Assembly: GCF_006345805.1 (NCBI RefSeq)
Contig: NC_042998.1
Coordinates: 203,918,001 to 203,982,000 of the forward strand
Source of the DNA: Octopus sinensis
Taxonomy: Eukaryota
Direction: 5' to 3'
Length of the DNA: 64,000 bases
A program made the position numbers and the translations under genes. This document shows positions 41,872 to 55,308 of the stretch, piece by piece. Position 1 is the first letter of the stretch, and every line of letters starts with the position of its first letter. The notes under the pieces are model-generated. The model did no database searches and was not told where the DNA came from. It saw nothing but the letters and a program-made list of their open reading frames with translations.

Positions 41872-42712
41872 CTGGTGGGATTATTATTTGTTTGAACTTA
41901 TAAATTGCTCGCGATTTAGCATATAATTTCGTTACTTTAGGTTTACTTTCAGGTTTACCGATATTATGTACGTTGGTTTATATGCTTCTATGATGTAGTT
42001 TTATTAAAGCCAGTGTTTAATCCTGCCTATAAATTGATTAATTAACTGAATGTGGTTATTAAGCTTTCACGGTTATATTATACTATGGAAGACGGTAGGG
42101 ATTATAATTTTTGCATGACTTAATGGATTGGTCGTTGTTTAGTTACGTATTTACGAGTTGGCTGTAATTTACTTATTGAATTTATTTACCGATACGGCTG
42201 AAAATAGAGTAAACGTATTTGAAAGTTGTGCTTTCTTTGGTTTGTTTGTTCCCAAACAACACTTATTTTAGTGCTGTTGATACCGCCGGATTGAATGCTA
42301 CTGCCTAGGTGTCGAAACCATAATGACATCCGTGGGGCAGCTGATGATGGAGCTATGTTGGATTGTTGGTGTGCCTGTTTTTGTATATGTAGAATAGTAT
42401 TATAACACATCCTTTTGATATATATATATATCAATAAATAAAAACTAAATGTTTCCTTCTTGACCCTTCTTGAGGGCCGTTTCCCCGTTTTTCAGTGGCT
42501 TATGCATTCCCCACCTGAACGGACGCCAGTCTATCGATCACTAACTTTGCCAGCTGAATGGACTGCAGTAACGTAAAATGAAGTGTTTTGCTCAAGAACA
42601 CGTGTCACCTGGTCCAGGAATCGAAACCACAATTTTACGATCATGAGTCTAACACCCTAACCACTGAGTCACGCGCCAAAAAACACAACACACACATACC
42701 TACATACATACA

Positions 42713-42816
<104 letters not shown>

Positions 42817-42887
42817 TATATATATATAAATTGAATTAGGTACATAAGTTGAACCAACAAGTCAGTGCGGTATTATCTGCACAGAGA

Positions 42888-43303
42888 AGGCGACGAGCTG
42901 GCAGAATCGTTAGCACGCCGGGCGAAATGCTTAGCGATATTTCGTCTGCCGCTACGTTCTGAGTTCAAATTCCGCCGAGGTCGACTTTGCCTTTCATCCT
43001 TTCGGGGTCGATTAAATAAGTACTAGTTACGCACTGGGGTCGATATAATCGACTTAATCCGTTTGTCTGTCTTTGTTTGTCCTCGCTGTGTTTAGACCCT
43101 TGTGGGTAGTAAAAAATAGGTATTTCGTCTGCCGTTACGTTGTGAGTTCAAATTCCGCCGAGGTTGACTTTGCCTTTCATCCTTTCGGGGTCGATAAATA
43201 AAGTACCAGTTTCGCACTGGGGTCGATGTAATCGACTTAATCCGTTTGTCTGTCCTTGTTTGTTCCTTTTGTGTTTAGCCCCTTTTGAGTAGTAAAGAAA
43301 TAG
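42888..43303 (+). mobile_element. Type M SINE dimer
   Basis: Full unit plus headless second unit; GGTATTATCTGCA flanks both sides (about 42869 and 43303). Confidence 0.88.
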
Positions 43304-43338
43304 GTATTATCTGCAAAGTTCAAAGTAAGGTGAATAAA

Positions 43339-43524
43339 ATCAAAATAAGCCACAGCATATCAAGGAGTGATGTAGTACAACTGTTTCAAACGGCTCCATT
43401 TAATTGTGCAGCTGAAGATAGCACTGCATTTAAATTGATGTAATGTTTGCATTGTTCAATTAAATGGAGCCGCTTGAAACGGCCGTACTGCATCACTCCT
43501 TGATATCCTTTTGCTTATTTTGAT
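43339..43524. repeat. Inverted repeat (about 70-bp arms): pLTR preceded by its own inverted 3' part
   Basis: ATCAAAATAAGC..ATATCAAGGAGTGATG..CGGCTCCATTTAATTG versus CAATTAAATGGAGCCG..CATCACTCCTTGATAT..GCTTATTTTGAT. Confidence 0.88.
43406..43493 (+). ncRNA. Type-I HHR with extended helix II, canonical core
   Basis: GUGCAG-CUGAAGA-U-AGC..CAUUUAAAUUGA....UCAAUUAAAUG..GCU-U-GAA-ACGGCCGU-A-CUGCAU. Confidence 0.88.
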
Positions 43525-44064
43525 ATATATATATATTATATATATATATATACACGACCCACATCCATCCATACGCTCACAACCTTTTCTTTGTATCAAT
43601 TTATTAAACATGTACCAAAATGTATTGAGTAATCCTTCACCAGAAAGTTATTCTTTGGTGGGGGGGGGCTAAAAACAAGCATCAACTTGCGCGTCCGCGC
43701 GTGTGTGTAGGGTTAGTGGGTAGGGTACTGGTGAGAATTTGGTTCTTTTGGGGGGAAGAGTGAAAGTGCTTGGTGTGTGCACGAATACACGTTTGCACTT
43801 ACACATGTATACACAAATACCCATACATACGCGCACATACATATATTATATATATATATACATAAATACATTTACAGTTAGAGAGAGAGGGAAAGACAGA
43901 CAGAGAGGCAGAGAGAAAGATAGGGAGTGAGGGAGAAGGAGAAAGAGAGAGATGATATCTGGATATAGATATGCACATAGATATCAATGTTGATCTATCT
44001 CCATATGGCTCGTGTATATTCCTTTGAAGTAGGTTGGCTAAATGTATGTATGTGCGTTTATTTA

Positions 44065-44164
44065 NNNNNNNNNNNNNNNNNNNNNNNNNNNNNNNNNNNN
44101 NNNNNNNNNNNNNNNNNNNNNNNNNNNNNNNNNNNNNNNNNNNNNNNNNNNNNNNNNNNNNNNN
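44065..44164. other. Assembly gap (100 N)
   Basis: Run of N. Confidence 1.
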
Positions 44165-44640
44165 GCGATCGTGATGTTAATACAGAGGGCATTAACAGGT
44201 ACCATCATTAATACACAACATGGTGGTAAGCCCCTAAAAAGATCCAAAAAATATGAGTCTATTAGGTTTAGCAAAATTTTAGCCATGAAGGGACGTAGAA
44301 TAAGAGATGGTCTAGTTAAGGAACTAGTAGAAGCCTGGAGGACTGGTAATGCGGACCAAGTGAAGGTGAAGAGAGTGGAGTTGAACCAGCATCTTGAAGC
44401 CCAACACATGGGAAGTATTGCCAGAGCTAAGTTACGTGAGATGGTAAGTGAAGGAATCAAGGCCGCTGGATGGGCCCCAGTGGTGGAAGCTCGGCAAGGA
44501 AATAATTCCACTATTCGGTTTTTGAAGAATCAAAATGATGTCTTGGTAAATGAACCCGAGGAAATGTATGAGGCTTTTTCGGGAGTACTTCGCCCAGCTG
44601 TTCGGGGGTGATGGCAGTCCTGATGGTGGGGGATTTTTCT
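44165..44640 (+). pseudogene. Tx1/L1-like ORF2 fragment (endonuclease-RT linker)
   Basis: SIARAKLREMVSEG..NNSTIRFLKNQNDVLVNEPEEMYEAF resembles the Tx1 linker (recognised from memory). Confidence 0.55.
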
Positions 44641-44884
44641 AATGATTGGAGAATAGAGAGAAAGAAATGTCAGCTGATGGTTTACTATAACAAAGTCGTA
44701 TCTCAGCGATCGAGTTCTCACCAGTTCTGAGATCTGATGTAATATTTGCAAACAACTGAAGGCCTCAACTGACTAACACAGTATATTTATACAGAGGTTT
44801 TCTCTCGAACGAAAATCATAGCATCAAAGGTGTATATGCGTTCAGTATGATACATTGATGACTTTTTCGCTTCAATGAACAAGG

Positions 44885-45118
44885 CCTCCGTCGGTTACTA
44901 CGACGGACTGGTCTCCTCGTGAAATTAACATGCAAGTGGCTGAGCACTCCACAGACACGCGAACCATGAACAGAGTTCTCGGTGAGATTCAGAGTGCCCC
45001 AGAATGAACCCTTTGAATTACAGGTACAAAACATTTTCTTACTCAAGGACACGACACGCCGCCGAGAATTGAACTGGCAACCTTACGATCGTGATCCGAA
45101 TCCCCCAACCACGCGCCT
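44885..45118 (-). mobile_element. Diverged SINE carrying tail 3 with a CORE-like 5' part
   Basis: CTCGTGAAATTAACATGCAAGTGGCTGAGCACTCCACAGACACG is the inverse of 46425-46470. Confidence 0.7.
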
Positions 45119-45574
45119 TCAATTTAATGCTCTTTCAACTGCGCACATCTCAAATTTTTCGTTCATTTTATTTAACCCGGCGCCTATTTGCAGAAGTAGT
45201 TGAAACGGATTGAGGATCCAGCTCATTCATTATGCAAACTATTCCAACAGTTTCTTTTTCTTCAAAAATATGTTTATTCTGCAACAACAACAACAACAAC
45301 AATAACAACAGCAACTAATAATCAAATGAGATTTATTTCTTATTAATGTTCTTGTTCTCAGCAATTAAATCTAAAGAGATTAATCCGTATCTTTAACTGC
45401 TTTTTAATCCTAATAAAACCTCATTACTAAAATGAAGATAATTTCGAAAATATTCAGTTACTCGTTAGATTCCACTAAGACACTGTTTCTCTCGAATATT
45501 CTTAAAATTTAACCTACTACTACTACTACTACTACTACAAACACTACTATTACTAAAACCACCACCACTACCAT

Positions 45575-45612
<38 letters not shown>

Positions 45613-45762
45613 ATCCTCAAAGCTTCTCATTAGCGACCTCTTGTCTAACAATTTGAAACAAATCTACAGTTTTGTTGTTATCGCCTCAACACATGGCTGT
45701 CTCTCATCGTATCTTCTACAGAAACCATGTCTTCAAATCAATGTTTTCACCACAAGATTAAG

Positions 45763-45828
<66 letters not shown>

Positions 45829-46146
45829 TGTGTGTGTTTATGAGGGCATATGAGTGTATTTCTCTGTTTAAATTTCACTGGTTTCAGTCATCAAAATGAG
45901 GCCATGCTGGGGCACTGCTGTGAAGAGCTTTTATATGAATGAATCGACCCCAGAACTTTTCATTTTTTTCTTTCTTTCTTTTAAGACTGGTACTCGTTCT
46001 ATCTGTTCTTTTTGCCTGACCGCATGTTATGGGGACGTAAACGCACCAACACCGATTGTCAAGCGGTGGCTGGAGACAAACACAGTCACAAACACACACA
46101 TGCACACACACACACATGTATATGTATATACATTAATGTGTAAAAT

Positions 46147-46538
46147 GTGGAGGCGCAATGGCCCTGTGGTTAGGGCAGCGGACTCGCGGTCATAGGATCG
46201 CGGTTTCGATTCCCAGACCGGGTGTTGTGAGTGTTTATTGAGCGAAAACACCTAAAGCTCCACGAGGCTCCGGCAGGGGATGGTGGTGATCCCTGCTGTA
46301 CTCTTTCACCACAACTTTCTCTCTCACTCTTACTTCCTGTTTCTGTTGTACCTGTATTTCAAAGGCCCGGCCTTGTCACTCTCTGTGTCACGCTGAATAT
46401 CCCCGAGAACTACGTTAAGGGTGCACGTGTCTGTGGAGTGCTCAGGCACTTACACGTTAATTTCACGAGCAGGCTGTTCCGTTGATTCGGATCAACCGGA
46501 ACCCTCGTCATCGTAACCGACGGAGTGCTTCCTCCCCC
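46147..46538 (+). mobile_element. Type R SINE, tail 3
   Basis: TSD AATGTGTAAA at about 46135 and 46540. Confidence 0.9.
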
Positions 46539-46759
46539 CAATGTGTAAATGTAAGATCCAAGGATCAAGCTGTAGGAAGTTAGTGTGCTTCAAGGAGTTG
46601 TAAAAGATATAAAAAAACAACTTTCAGCAACAACAGCGGTTTATTGGTGCAGAAGGTTGTGAGACATTTTCCCGTATCGAAGTAGGATTAGCTGAAAAAA
46701 AAAAGGTTATTTTATAGTTCACAGTTAGGAACTGGGGTTGCTGTATATGCGAATAACCA

Positions 46760-47010
46760 CCTAAAATTAGGGAGGAGATAAAATCCAGGCTAGATATGTT
46801 GTTTCATGACTAGCAAAACCTCAGAAGCAGTAAATTATCCAAACGCGAGTTAGACCGGAAGCTACTCTTCAGGCTAAGGATCAAGGTACCCTTCGCCTGA
46901 AAAACAGCTTGGGGTCTACCCCTCGTTTGGATAATTTACTGCTTCTGAGGTTCCGCTATGAAACATATATAGTCTGGATTTTATCTCCTCCGTTCCCTTA
47001 TTTTAGATGT
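46760..47010. repeat. Long imperfect palindrome; each arm has a degenerate long-helix-II HHR-like motif
   Basis: GGAGGAGATAAAATCCAGGCTA..ACCTCAGAAGCAGTAAATTATCCAAACG versus its inverse. Minus arm CUGAAGA-GUAGC..GCUA..GAAACAACAUAUC; plus arm CUGAAAA..GCUAU-GAA-ACAUAUAU-A. Confidence 0.75.
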
Positions 47011-48487
47011 TTAAGCGCAGCTGTAAGCTAGACCCCTTTTTTTCGTGTCCTTTTCTCTACAGAAGGTCCTCAAGTCAATTATTAAACTGATACTGTTTGA
47101 TAAGTGAACCCTCTGCACTGCACTCCTAGTAATTAGGTTACAACATAGTCTTGTGCTTTGCGGGTATCATTAGGGAATGAATATCCACGCAGATCGAACC
47201 CGATCATAGAACTCACCTCTACCCTCGACACGTCAATAATATCGAGTAAAGGGTAACACCAGAGCCAAGCTTTGGCACCTTCGCAAATATCCATGGTCAT
47301 TATTCGAGTATTCCTAACACCCCTATACCCTGGCATCGACCAATGAACAGGTTTATGGTTTAACTTGTCTCTATTTACATGTTCTTGTACTTGGGTGGAG
47401 TTGAGCTGATTTCGGAAATTCAGTGGGAATACAAGTTCACGGGTGGTCCCCAGTCACATGTAAACACATACGTAGCAGCTCATCTTGCGGTTGATTGTCG
47501 ACCGTCGCAGAGGATTCGCTGACAGAGCCACAGCCGATAACCAGAGCCTAGGTTTAAAGGAGGTTTTAGAGAAACGCTTTAACAATAGCTAACAGGTGCC
47601 TCACTTTCACACGTCTTCCAGCACGCCGGACACTAATCTTGAGGGCTTCTGCTATATTTGTCTTTACGCCTTTTCCTGGGTCTAAATATATCGTTCCCGG
47701 ACCGATGGAGGATATATCCTTCCACACATCAGCTGCAGCTTTCATAGGAATATAAAAACCACTCACCGTAATTTTCTTTTATATTTTTGAGCACAAATAT
47801 TTCATTTCCAACGATATCGGGCAAGGAAGCACTCTCCTCTGTATTTCGTTCAGTTCTTCTTTGCTTTGAGATACTTCCTGTCAAGTCCCTCGTTTTCACT
47901 CACAGCATTTGCAGATGAGAGAATGCCGCTGTTGCTGTTATTGTTGCTACTCTTCATGCAGTTCCTCCACCACTATCACCATACAAATTAATGATTCCAG
48001 CACTATTTTCCATGGTGTCTTCCATTGTATAATTATAAACATTTCCATTTGAAAAATCTAACTATATAGAAGATATTTCTCTTTTCCATAATATATTTTC
48101 TTTTGCTTGAAAGTAATTTGAAGGCGTGTTTCCTGAGACAACTAGTGCAACCACTGTGACGAACATCTCTTCCTTCTACTTCTGAGGAAGCCATATTACG
48201 ATCTGTGAAAATATCACAAATGACTTTTTAATAAGAATATATAAATATTTAAAAATACCTCAAAACAAACGCTTTTTTTTTTCTTTCCGAGATGATTAGA
48301 TAAACCTTCAAACAATCCGAAAAACTTCCGTTAATACAATTGAAACCCAACCCGAAACGATGAAATACAAATTAACCCAGACGGGCATTGAACTAAAACG
48401 GAAAAGACCCGGAAGAAATTCTTCAAAGCGTTTTGTCCAACGCTCAACCAATTTCGTCAGCTTGTCACCTTGATGATGATGATAATA

Positions 48488-48529
<42 letters not shown>

Positions 48530-48686
48530 CACACCACACAACATAATAATAATAATAATAACAACAACAACAATAATAATATGATAATAATAATATAATA
48601 ACAACAACAACAACACAACATAATAATAATAATAACAACACACAACAACAATAATAATAATAACAACAACAACAACAACAACAACA

Positions 48687-48732
<46 letters not shown>

Positions 48733-48734
48733 TT

Positions 48735-49272
48735 AACTTCACCATTCAAACTGACAGAAAGATAGATAGGCCAGACATTATATTGAAAGACTTCAGACAA
48801 AGAACATGCCTCCTCATTGATATGACTGACCCAATCGATATAAACGTATCTGTCAAGACCTACCAAAAACTGAGCAAATATAAAGATCTTGAAATAGAAA
48901 TCAGCAAAATGTGGAAGCTGAAGACTAAAACAATACCTGTTGTCATAGGTGCCCTGGGAATGATAGCGAAAGGGACTGATTGCTACCTAACTCAGATACC
49001 AGGAAACCCCAAAATGGCAGAAATTCAAAAGATAGTGCTCATGGGAACTGCTCATATCCTACGTAAAATATTTTTATTTATTTATTTGTTTATTTTATTT
49101 ATTTTTTTTTTTAAATTTTATTTTTATGTATTAGACATTCACTAGTACAACACCCCAAAAAAAAACAAAAAACCAAATATATGGCACAGAACTTCCAACC
49201 TGTTGTCTCTTGAGGTCTCTGGGTGAGACTTGGAGCCAACTTGTACAGACATAAAGCAAAAGTCAAACCTAG
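48735..49272 (+). mobile_element. 3' fragment of an R4/Dong-like RLE non-LTR element in (TAA)n
   Basis: QTDRKI.RPDI..CLLIDMTDP..KLSKYKDLEIEISKMW..PVVIGALG..IQKIVLMGTAHILRK; (TAA)n on both sides. Confidence 0.9.
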
Positions 49273-49274
49273 AA

Positions 49275-49339
<65 letters not shown>

Positions 49340-49449
49340 TTGATGATGATGATGATGATGAGGAGGAGGAGGAGGAGGATGATAATAATAATAGTAACAA
49401 GAAGAAAAAGAAGAAGAAGAAGAAGAAGAAGAAGAAGAAGAAGAAGAAG

Positions 49450-49492
<43 letters not shown>

Positions 49493-50049
49493 TGGATATG
49501 CTACACCGGACTCTCCATTCAAAAGCAAATCTAATCTAATAACATCAGTGGAATTGGATAAAGGAACCTGTGGATGACTTGAAGCAAGCAGTCTTTTGAC
49601 GAAAATAATCACAAAAGCGAAATTTTACTGCCATACAAAGCACATTTTCTCCTATGCACGATGTGTCAGTGAAACAATTGCGAAACACACACGCGAAATG
49701 AAAACCGAAATGTTTACAAATTATAAAATATAAATGGAACAAAACAGTAAGTATATAAATTGGGTAATTATGCATACACTCGAATGTCTACACAATCATA
49801 TATACATTTTGATACCCATAGGACTATACGTACAAACCCGATGTTTACACAACCACGTGAAATTTACAGGACACACAAACACTCATATGAAAACACGTGA
49901 CACAAACGAAGCAAAAACAGGAAAAAAATTAATTTTTCGAACCAACACAGACATAGTAAACGATTCATAAGTTGAAAAACACCACAAAAAACTGCCTGGA
50001 AATAAATCTATCAACAAAAAAATACAGACGAATACAGATCTGTTAGCCT

Positions 50050-51734
50050 TAAGAAGCTACGTTACGAGCAATGTTTTCATAGAGAGAAATCGGAAGCGGT
50101 GTTGTCTCAAAAGAGTAACCCTAAACAGACAGATCCGTCCCCTAATATCAAGGTCCAAGCTCGTCATGCCTCAATGATAACAAAGCAAAATACAAACCAG
50201 TTCGGCTGGAATCCGGAACACAAAGGACTGCGTAATCGAATGATGAACCAGATTCGGTATAAAAAATCAGCTTCTGGTTCAAATCTTCCCGAAACACAGG
50301 AGCTGGAAGTACCCTACCATCGGAATATTCCAACAGGTGGCCATCTATGCTCGTCATCAAATAACTAAAAGAAAAGGAATGAAAAATGGACTAGGGAAGA
50401 TAATAAAGAAGTTCTTACGGCCTTCTTTCATGCCATATATTTCCCCACAAATAAATCTAACACTGTACAAACCTACTTAAACTGGAGACAGAAACACATT
50501 GAAGTAAGACCCTACGTAGACAGTAACAAACTTGTCAACGTCAGAAGAAACGTTCTGAAAAAGAAATTATTAACTGAAGTAGACATTGACCAAATTAAAC
50601 AACCAATAAGGGATAAAAAGAACGAAGCTGGAAAAGATACTACAGAAGAAATAATTATAAACCAGCCCAGGGCTGATGAAAATGCAATAAAGCAAAGTGA
50701 ATTAATCTCTGAACCAACCATAGACACTAAGGCAGATGAAAATGAAAGTCACACAGAAATTGACCCAACAGAACTACATGATCTAAAAAATCAAATCATA
50801 ATTGAATGGCTGAAAATTAAAGAAACCGGTGTGAATGAACCCGGAACTCTCCCCAAAATCCGCAACTCTAACCAAAATCTGAAAATAATTGGTAAAATCC
50901 GCCTTAAGGATATATATTTCAGCTAAAAATGTTGATATTACAAATCTCAACCACCTGTACCATGCATCCACCAAATTCTCAAGGATTCTATGTGGGGAAA
51001 AGATTAGAAAACAACATTCCCAAAGAAGCCTTCTTGGCAAGAGCGTATTCAACACCAAATTCAGCTAATTAGGTCTGACATAGAATGTTTAAAAAAAACC
51101 TTAAGTTTGACAAGACCATAAAAATCTACAAAAACCTGAAAATTAAAGAAAAAATATATGAAAATCAAAAAATTAGAGCCCTATAACTTGCTTAAAAACA
51201 ATGTATAAAACGCTAATATCTGTTCTGACTGAATATCCCTATAGTTGTTTTAATAGAAAGTAGCATATTACCTAATGAGCAAAAAGGATGTAAACGTGGG
51301 TCTTAAGGTTGTAGAGATCAGTTACTCATCAATGAGATGATCTTAGAAGATTGTCACAAACGACACAAAAACTTGTCAATAGCCTGGACAGACTATAAAA
51401 AAGCTTTTGATAGTCTACCACGTAACTGGATTAAGAAATGTCTGGAAATGTATAAGATAGCACCTACTCTGCGAAACTTTTCGCCTGTAAGTATGAGATC
51501 ATGGAGAACCACACTAACTTTGAACAGTGACAATGAATCTCTTAATGCTGGTGGTGTAATAATTTCATGTGGCATTTTCCAGGGTGGCTCACTATCACCA
51601 CTCCTCTTTTGTCTAGTCTTAATACTTCCCTCGAAATTACTCAATGATGTACCGTACGGTTATAAAATGTTTGATAAAAATATAAATCATCTCATTTACA
51701 TGGATGATTTAAAGCTCTTTGCAAAAAAAGGACC

Positions 51735-51801
<67 letters not shown>

Positions 51802-51813
51802 TAATAATAATAA

Positions 51814-51844
<31 letters not shown>

Positions 51845-51935
51845 AAGAAGAAGAAGAAGAAGAAGAAGAAGAAGAAGAAGAAGAGAAGAATCTGCGTCGG
51901 TAATGAAGTGAAAGCACGATATAAAAATTAAACTA

Positions 51936-52029
<94 letters not shown>

Positions 52030-53650
52030 TAAAAAAATAAAAAAATGAACGAACTACTGAGTTTGGTTTAATGGCCTACCAATATACACTATGAGTTTCT
52101 TTGCCCTAGGAGTCGGGAAGACACTCGGCAAGAAATGGAAGAAAATTTGAAAGAAGAAAAAAAAAAGTAATAATAATAATAATAATAATAATTACCAACA
52201 ACTCAAGGGCTTACTAACGATTGTTAAACAATTCAGTGATGACATGAGGATGCAATTTGGCCTCGATAAATGTGCAAAAGCTACTTTTATCAAAGGAAAA
52301 ATGACAGCAACATCTAACGTTAATCTTGACCAGCAGAATGTCATAAAAGAGTTAGAATCAGCAGAGAGCTACAAATACCTAGGGGTAATTGAAGGGGACG
52401 GAAACAAACATTCAGTGATGAGGAAAAAGATCAGAAGAGAATATTTTTGCGGGGTAAGGGCAATATTCAAGACAGAGCTGGATGCAAGAAACAGGATCGA
52501 AGCAGACAATGATTTAGCCAAACCAGTCGTGACCTACAGTTTCAATAACGATAACTGGTCAATTACTGAAATATGTAATCTTGACAGAAAAATACGAAAA
52601 TTGTTGACAATGCATAGAATGCACTACCCTAAGGCAGATACAGAACGACTTTATCTGCCAAGAAAAGAGGAAGGCCATGGACTTTTACAACTGGCAATAA
52701 CAATGAAGATTGCCACAATTGACCAAGACACCTACCTGAAAATTTCTGATGACTGGCTGTTAAAACTTGTCTCAAAGCATGAAAACAAGAAAGCATCATA
52801 CTCAGTAACAAAACAGGCAAAGGAATATTTAAGTGAATTCCAAATACAACAAATTCCTGAATTCATTTCTAGTGAAACAAGCACAGATAAAGCTAAGCGT
52901 ATGAAAACCCGTCCTAAAACTGCTGCCTTAGATATTCTGAATGATAAATGGCAAGAAAATTCTCTCAAAGGCAAATACCCAGAGAGAACTAATAATGCCC
53001 ATCCATGGTTACCCATCAATGGCTAATGGCGTATGGCTTGAAATCAGAAGCAGAAGGGTTTATCATAGCAGCCCAAGATCAATGCCTACCTACGAGGAAC
53101 TACCAGGCCAGCATATTAAAGAATGGCAGCTGCCCAACGTGTAGGTCAACAACAAAATGAAACCATTGATCATGTTGTCTCCAGGTGAAGTCTTCTTGAG
53201 CCTACAGAGAATCTCAACAGGCATGATAGAGCAGCACAATATATTCACTGGGTAATTTGCAAAAAGTTGGACCTGTCCCATGATAAAAACTGGTGGGAAC
53301 ACAAACCATTTCCAGTGCTTGAAAATGATTACATCTCTCTCCACTGGAACTTCACCATCTATCTTTCATTTATCTTTCAAACTGACAGAGAGATAGATGT
53401 AAACAGGCCAGACATTGTATTTAATGACTACAGACAAAATTCCTTCCTCCTCATTGATATGACTGTCCCAATCGATATTAATCTATCTGTCAAGACCTAC
53501 CGAAAACTGAGCATGTATAAAGATCTTTAAAAAGAAATTGACAAAATGTGGAACCTCAAGACTAAAACAATACCTGTTGTCATAGGTACCCTAGAAATGA
53601 TAGCAAAAGGAGCTGATTGCTACCTAGCTCAGATACCAGCAAACCCCAAA
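50050..53650 (+). mobile_element. Degraded R4/Dong-like element with internal deletion and a microsatellite/insert block (51735-52192)
   Basis: N-terminal KWTREDNKEV; RT DYKKAFDS, GIFQGGSLSPLLF, HLIYMDDLKLF, FGLDKCA, YKYLG; then EGFIIAAQDQCL, ETIDHVVS, RHDR, RPDIV. Confidence 0.92.
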
Positions 53651-54150
53651 TTGAGGGGGGCAATACAAAAACAGACATAAAGTGTGGAGGTTTACCTATA
53701 ATGAAATGATAAAAATAGGAAAGAAAGAAAGTATGTATACACGGTATACACTGAAAAAGTATGCATAGCATAGAAAGGTTAAAAAAGTGGCGGTGGGGGA
53801 TGATAAAGATGAGGCTCTCCCGATAGAGGAAGACTTCTAGGGATAATCGAGGAACCCCACGGTCCGAAATTTCTCTGAAATCCTATGAGCAAGTACCCTC
53901 CCCAGTTCCTTCACTCTTAAAGAGGTACCATCCACTCTTGCCATTTTCGCAACTTTCACCCACCCTTAAATAAACTCACTCGAGGACAACGCTTCCCTCT
54001 TCACTCTCACTTTCCTTTTCAAGTGAAACTTGACGAAGTCAATGAGAGCCCTACCAAAGAGGAATGTATCTGTCCCCATGCCTTTCAGCCTTGTCCACCA
54101 AAGAACCTCTTTCGCTACAGCCACCAGGCAAAGGGGAAAATAAAAATGAA
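53651..54150 (-). mobile_element. Tx1-like 3' fragment inserted in the R4/Dong 3' end
   Basis: VAVAKEVLWWTRLKG..FVKFHLKRKVRVKREAL..F..W resembles the Tx1 ORF2 C-terminus; an R4-type QKICLLGTARIVERVL follows on plus at about 54152. Confidence 0.65.
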
Positions 54151-55308
54151 ACAAAAGATTTGCCTCCTTGGCACGGCCAGAATAGTCGAAAGAGTATTAG
54201 TTGAAAAGAACAGATAGCAAGGTGCTGTAGGTTGCAGGTAGTAAGCCCGCTACGCATGCAAGACACCGGGAGTTCCAACAAAGCCTGGGATAAAATGAAA
54301 GAAGAAGAAGAAGAAGAAGAAGAAGAAGAAGAAGAAGAAGAAGAAGAAGGAAGAAGAAGAAGAAGAAGAAGAAGAAGGAGAAGAAGAAAGAGAAGAAGAA
54401 GAAGAAGAAAAGAAGAAGAAGAAGAAGAAGAAGAAGAAGAAGAAGAAGAAGAAGAAGAAGAAGAAGAAGAAGAAGAAGAAGAAGAAGAAGAAGAAGAAGA
54501 AGAAGAAGACCACTAGCAACAACATGGATGAGCTACACCGAGCTCTCCCTTCAAAAACAAATCTGAATCTTTTATTGGCCACAAGGGCCATAAACATAGA
54601 GAACAATCTAATAAAAACAAAAACAACAACAACAATGATGATGATTTCTTTTAACAACAACAATAACAGCAATAATAAATATCAATTTAATCAGCAATAA
54701 CGAGAATTTTTAGGAAGTCTGCGCTGAAAGTAAGCGGTGGTAGATGGCCGTTCTCATTCGAAAGTGAGTCGCTGATGATAAGAAGTATAACTCTCTTGCT
54801 ATCTTCTCTGGTCATGTATTCCAACATCTGCTTGTCTGTGTGTCGTCTTTTGATAAATATCTTATCTCGGAGATGACAACATTTCATAGACATGTTCCGT
54901 ACACAATAACGGTTCTCTCTCACCAATCACGGGATTAATTATGGCACCGCCGTATGTCACAAGACACTGTGTCTGGTGGGTTTCTCTGACTAAGGGGTTA
55001 CGTACGTGCGTGTAAGCGCTTGCGTGCCTGCGGATGGATATGCTTGTATGTATACGTGTACATGCATGTGTGTGTGTGGGTGTATGTCTGTACGCGTGTG
55101 TACGTGCATGTATATATTTGCGTATGCCTGATGTGTATATGCATGTATGTATGTACCCATGTCTATAGAGAGTATAAGCGCACCCGTGAATGCGGGCAAA
55201 TGTGCGTGTACGCATGTGTAGTTTTGCGCGTATGCGTATGTATATGTGTGTGTATGTGCGTGTACGAGTGTGTGCGCGCTCGTGCGATTCACAACCACAC
55301 GCCAAACT

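Noticed and set aside
47566-47766. Possible PLE GIY-YIG C-terminus (WKDISSI..KTNIAEALKI)
   Set aside because: Only a loose resemblance; left uncalled, although the adjacent HHR-like palindrome is compatible.
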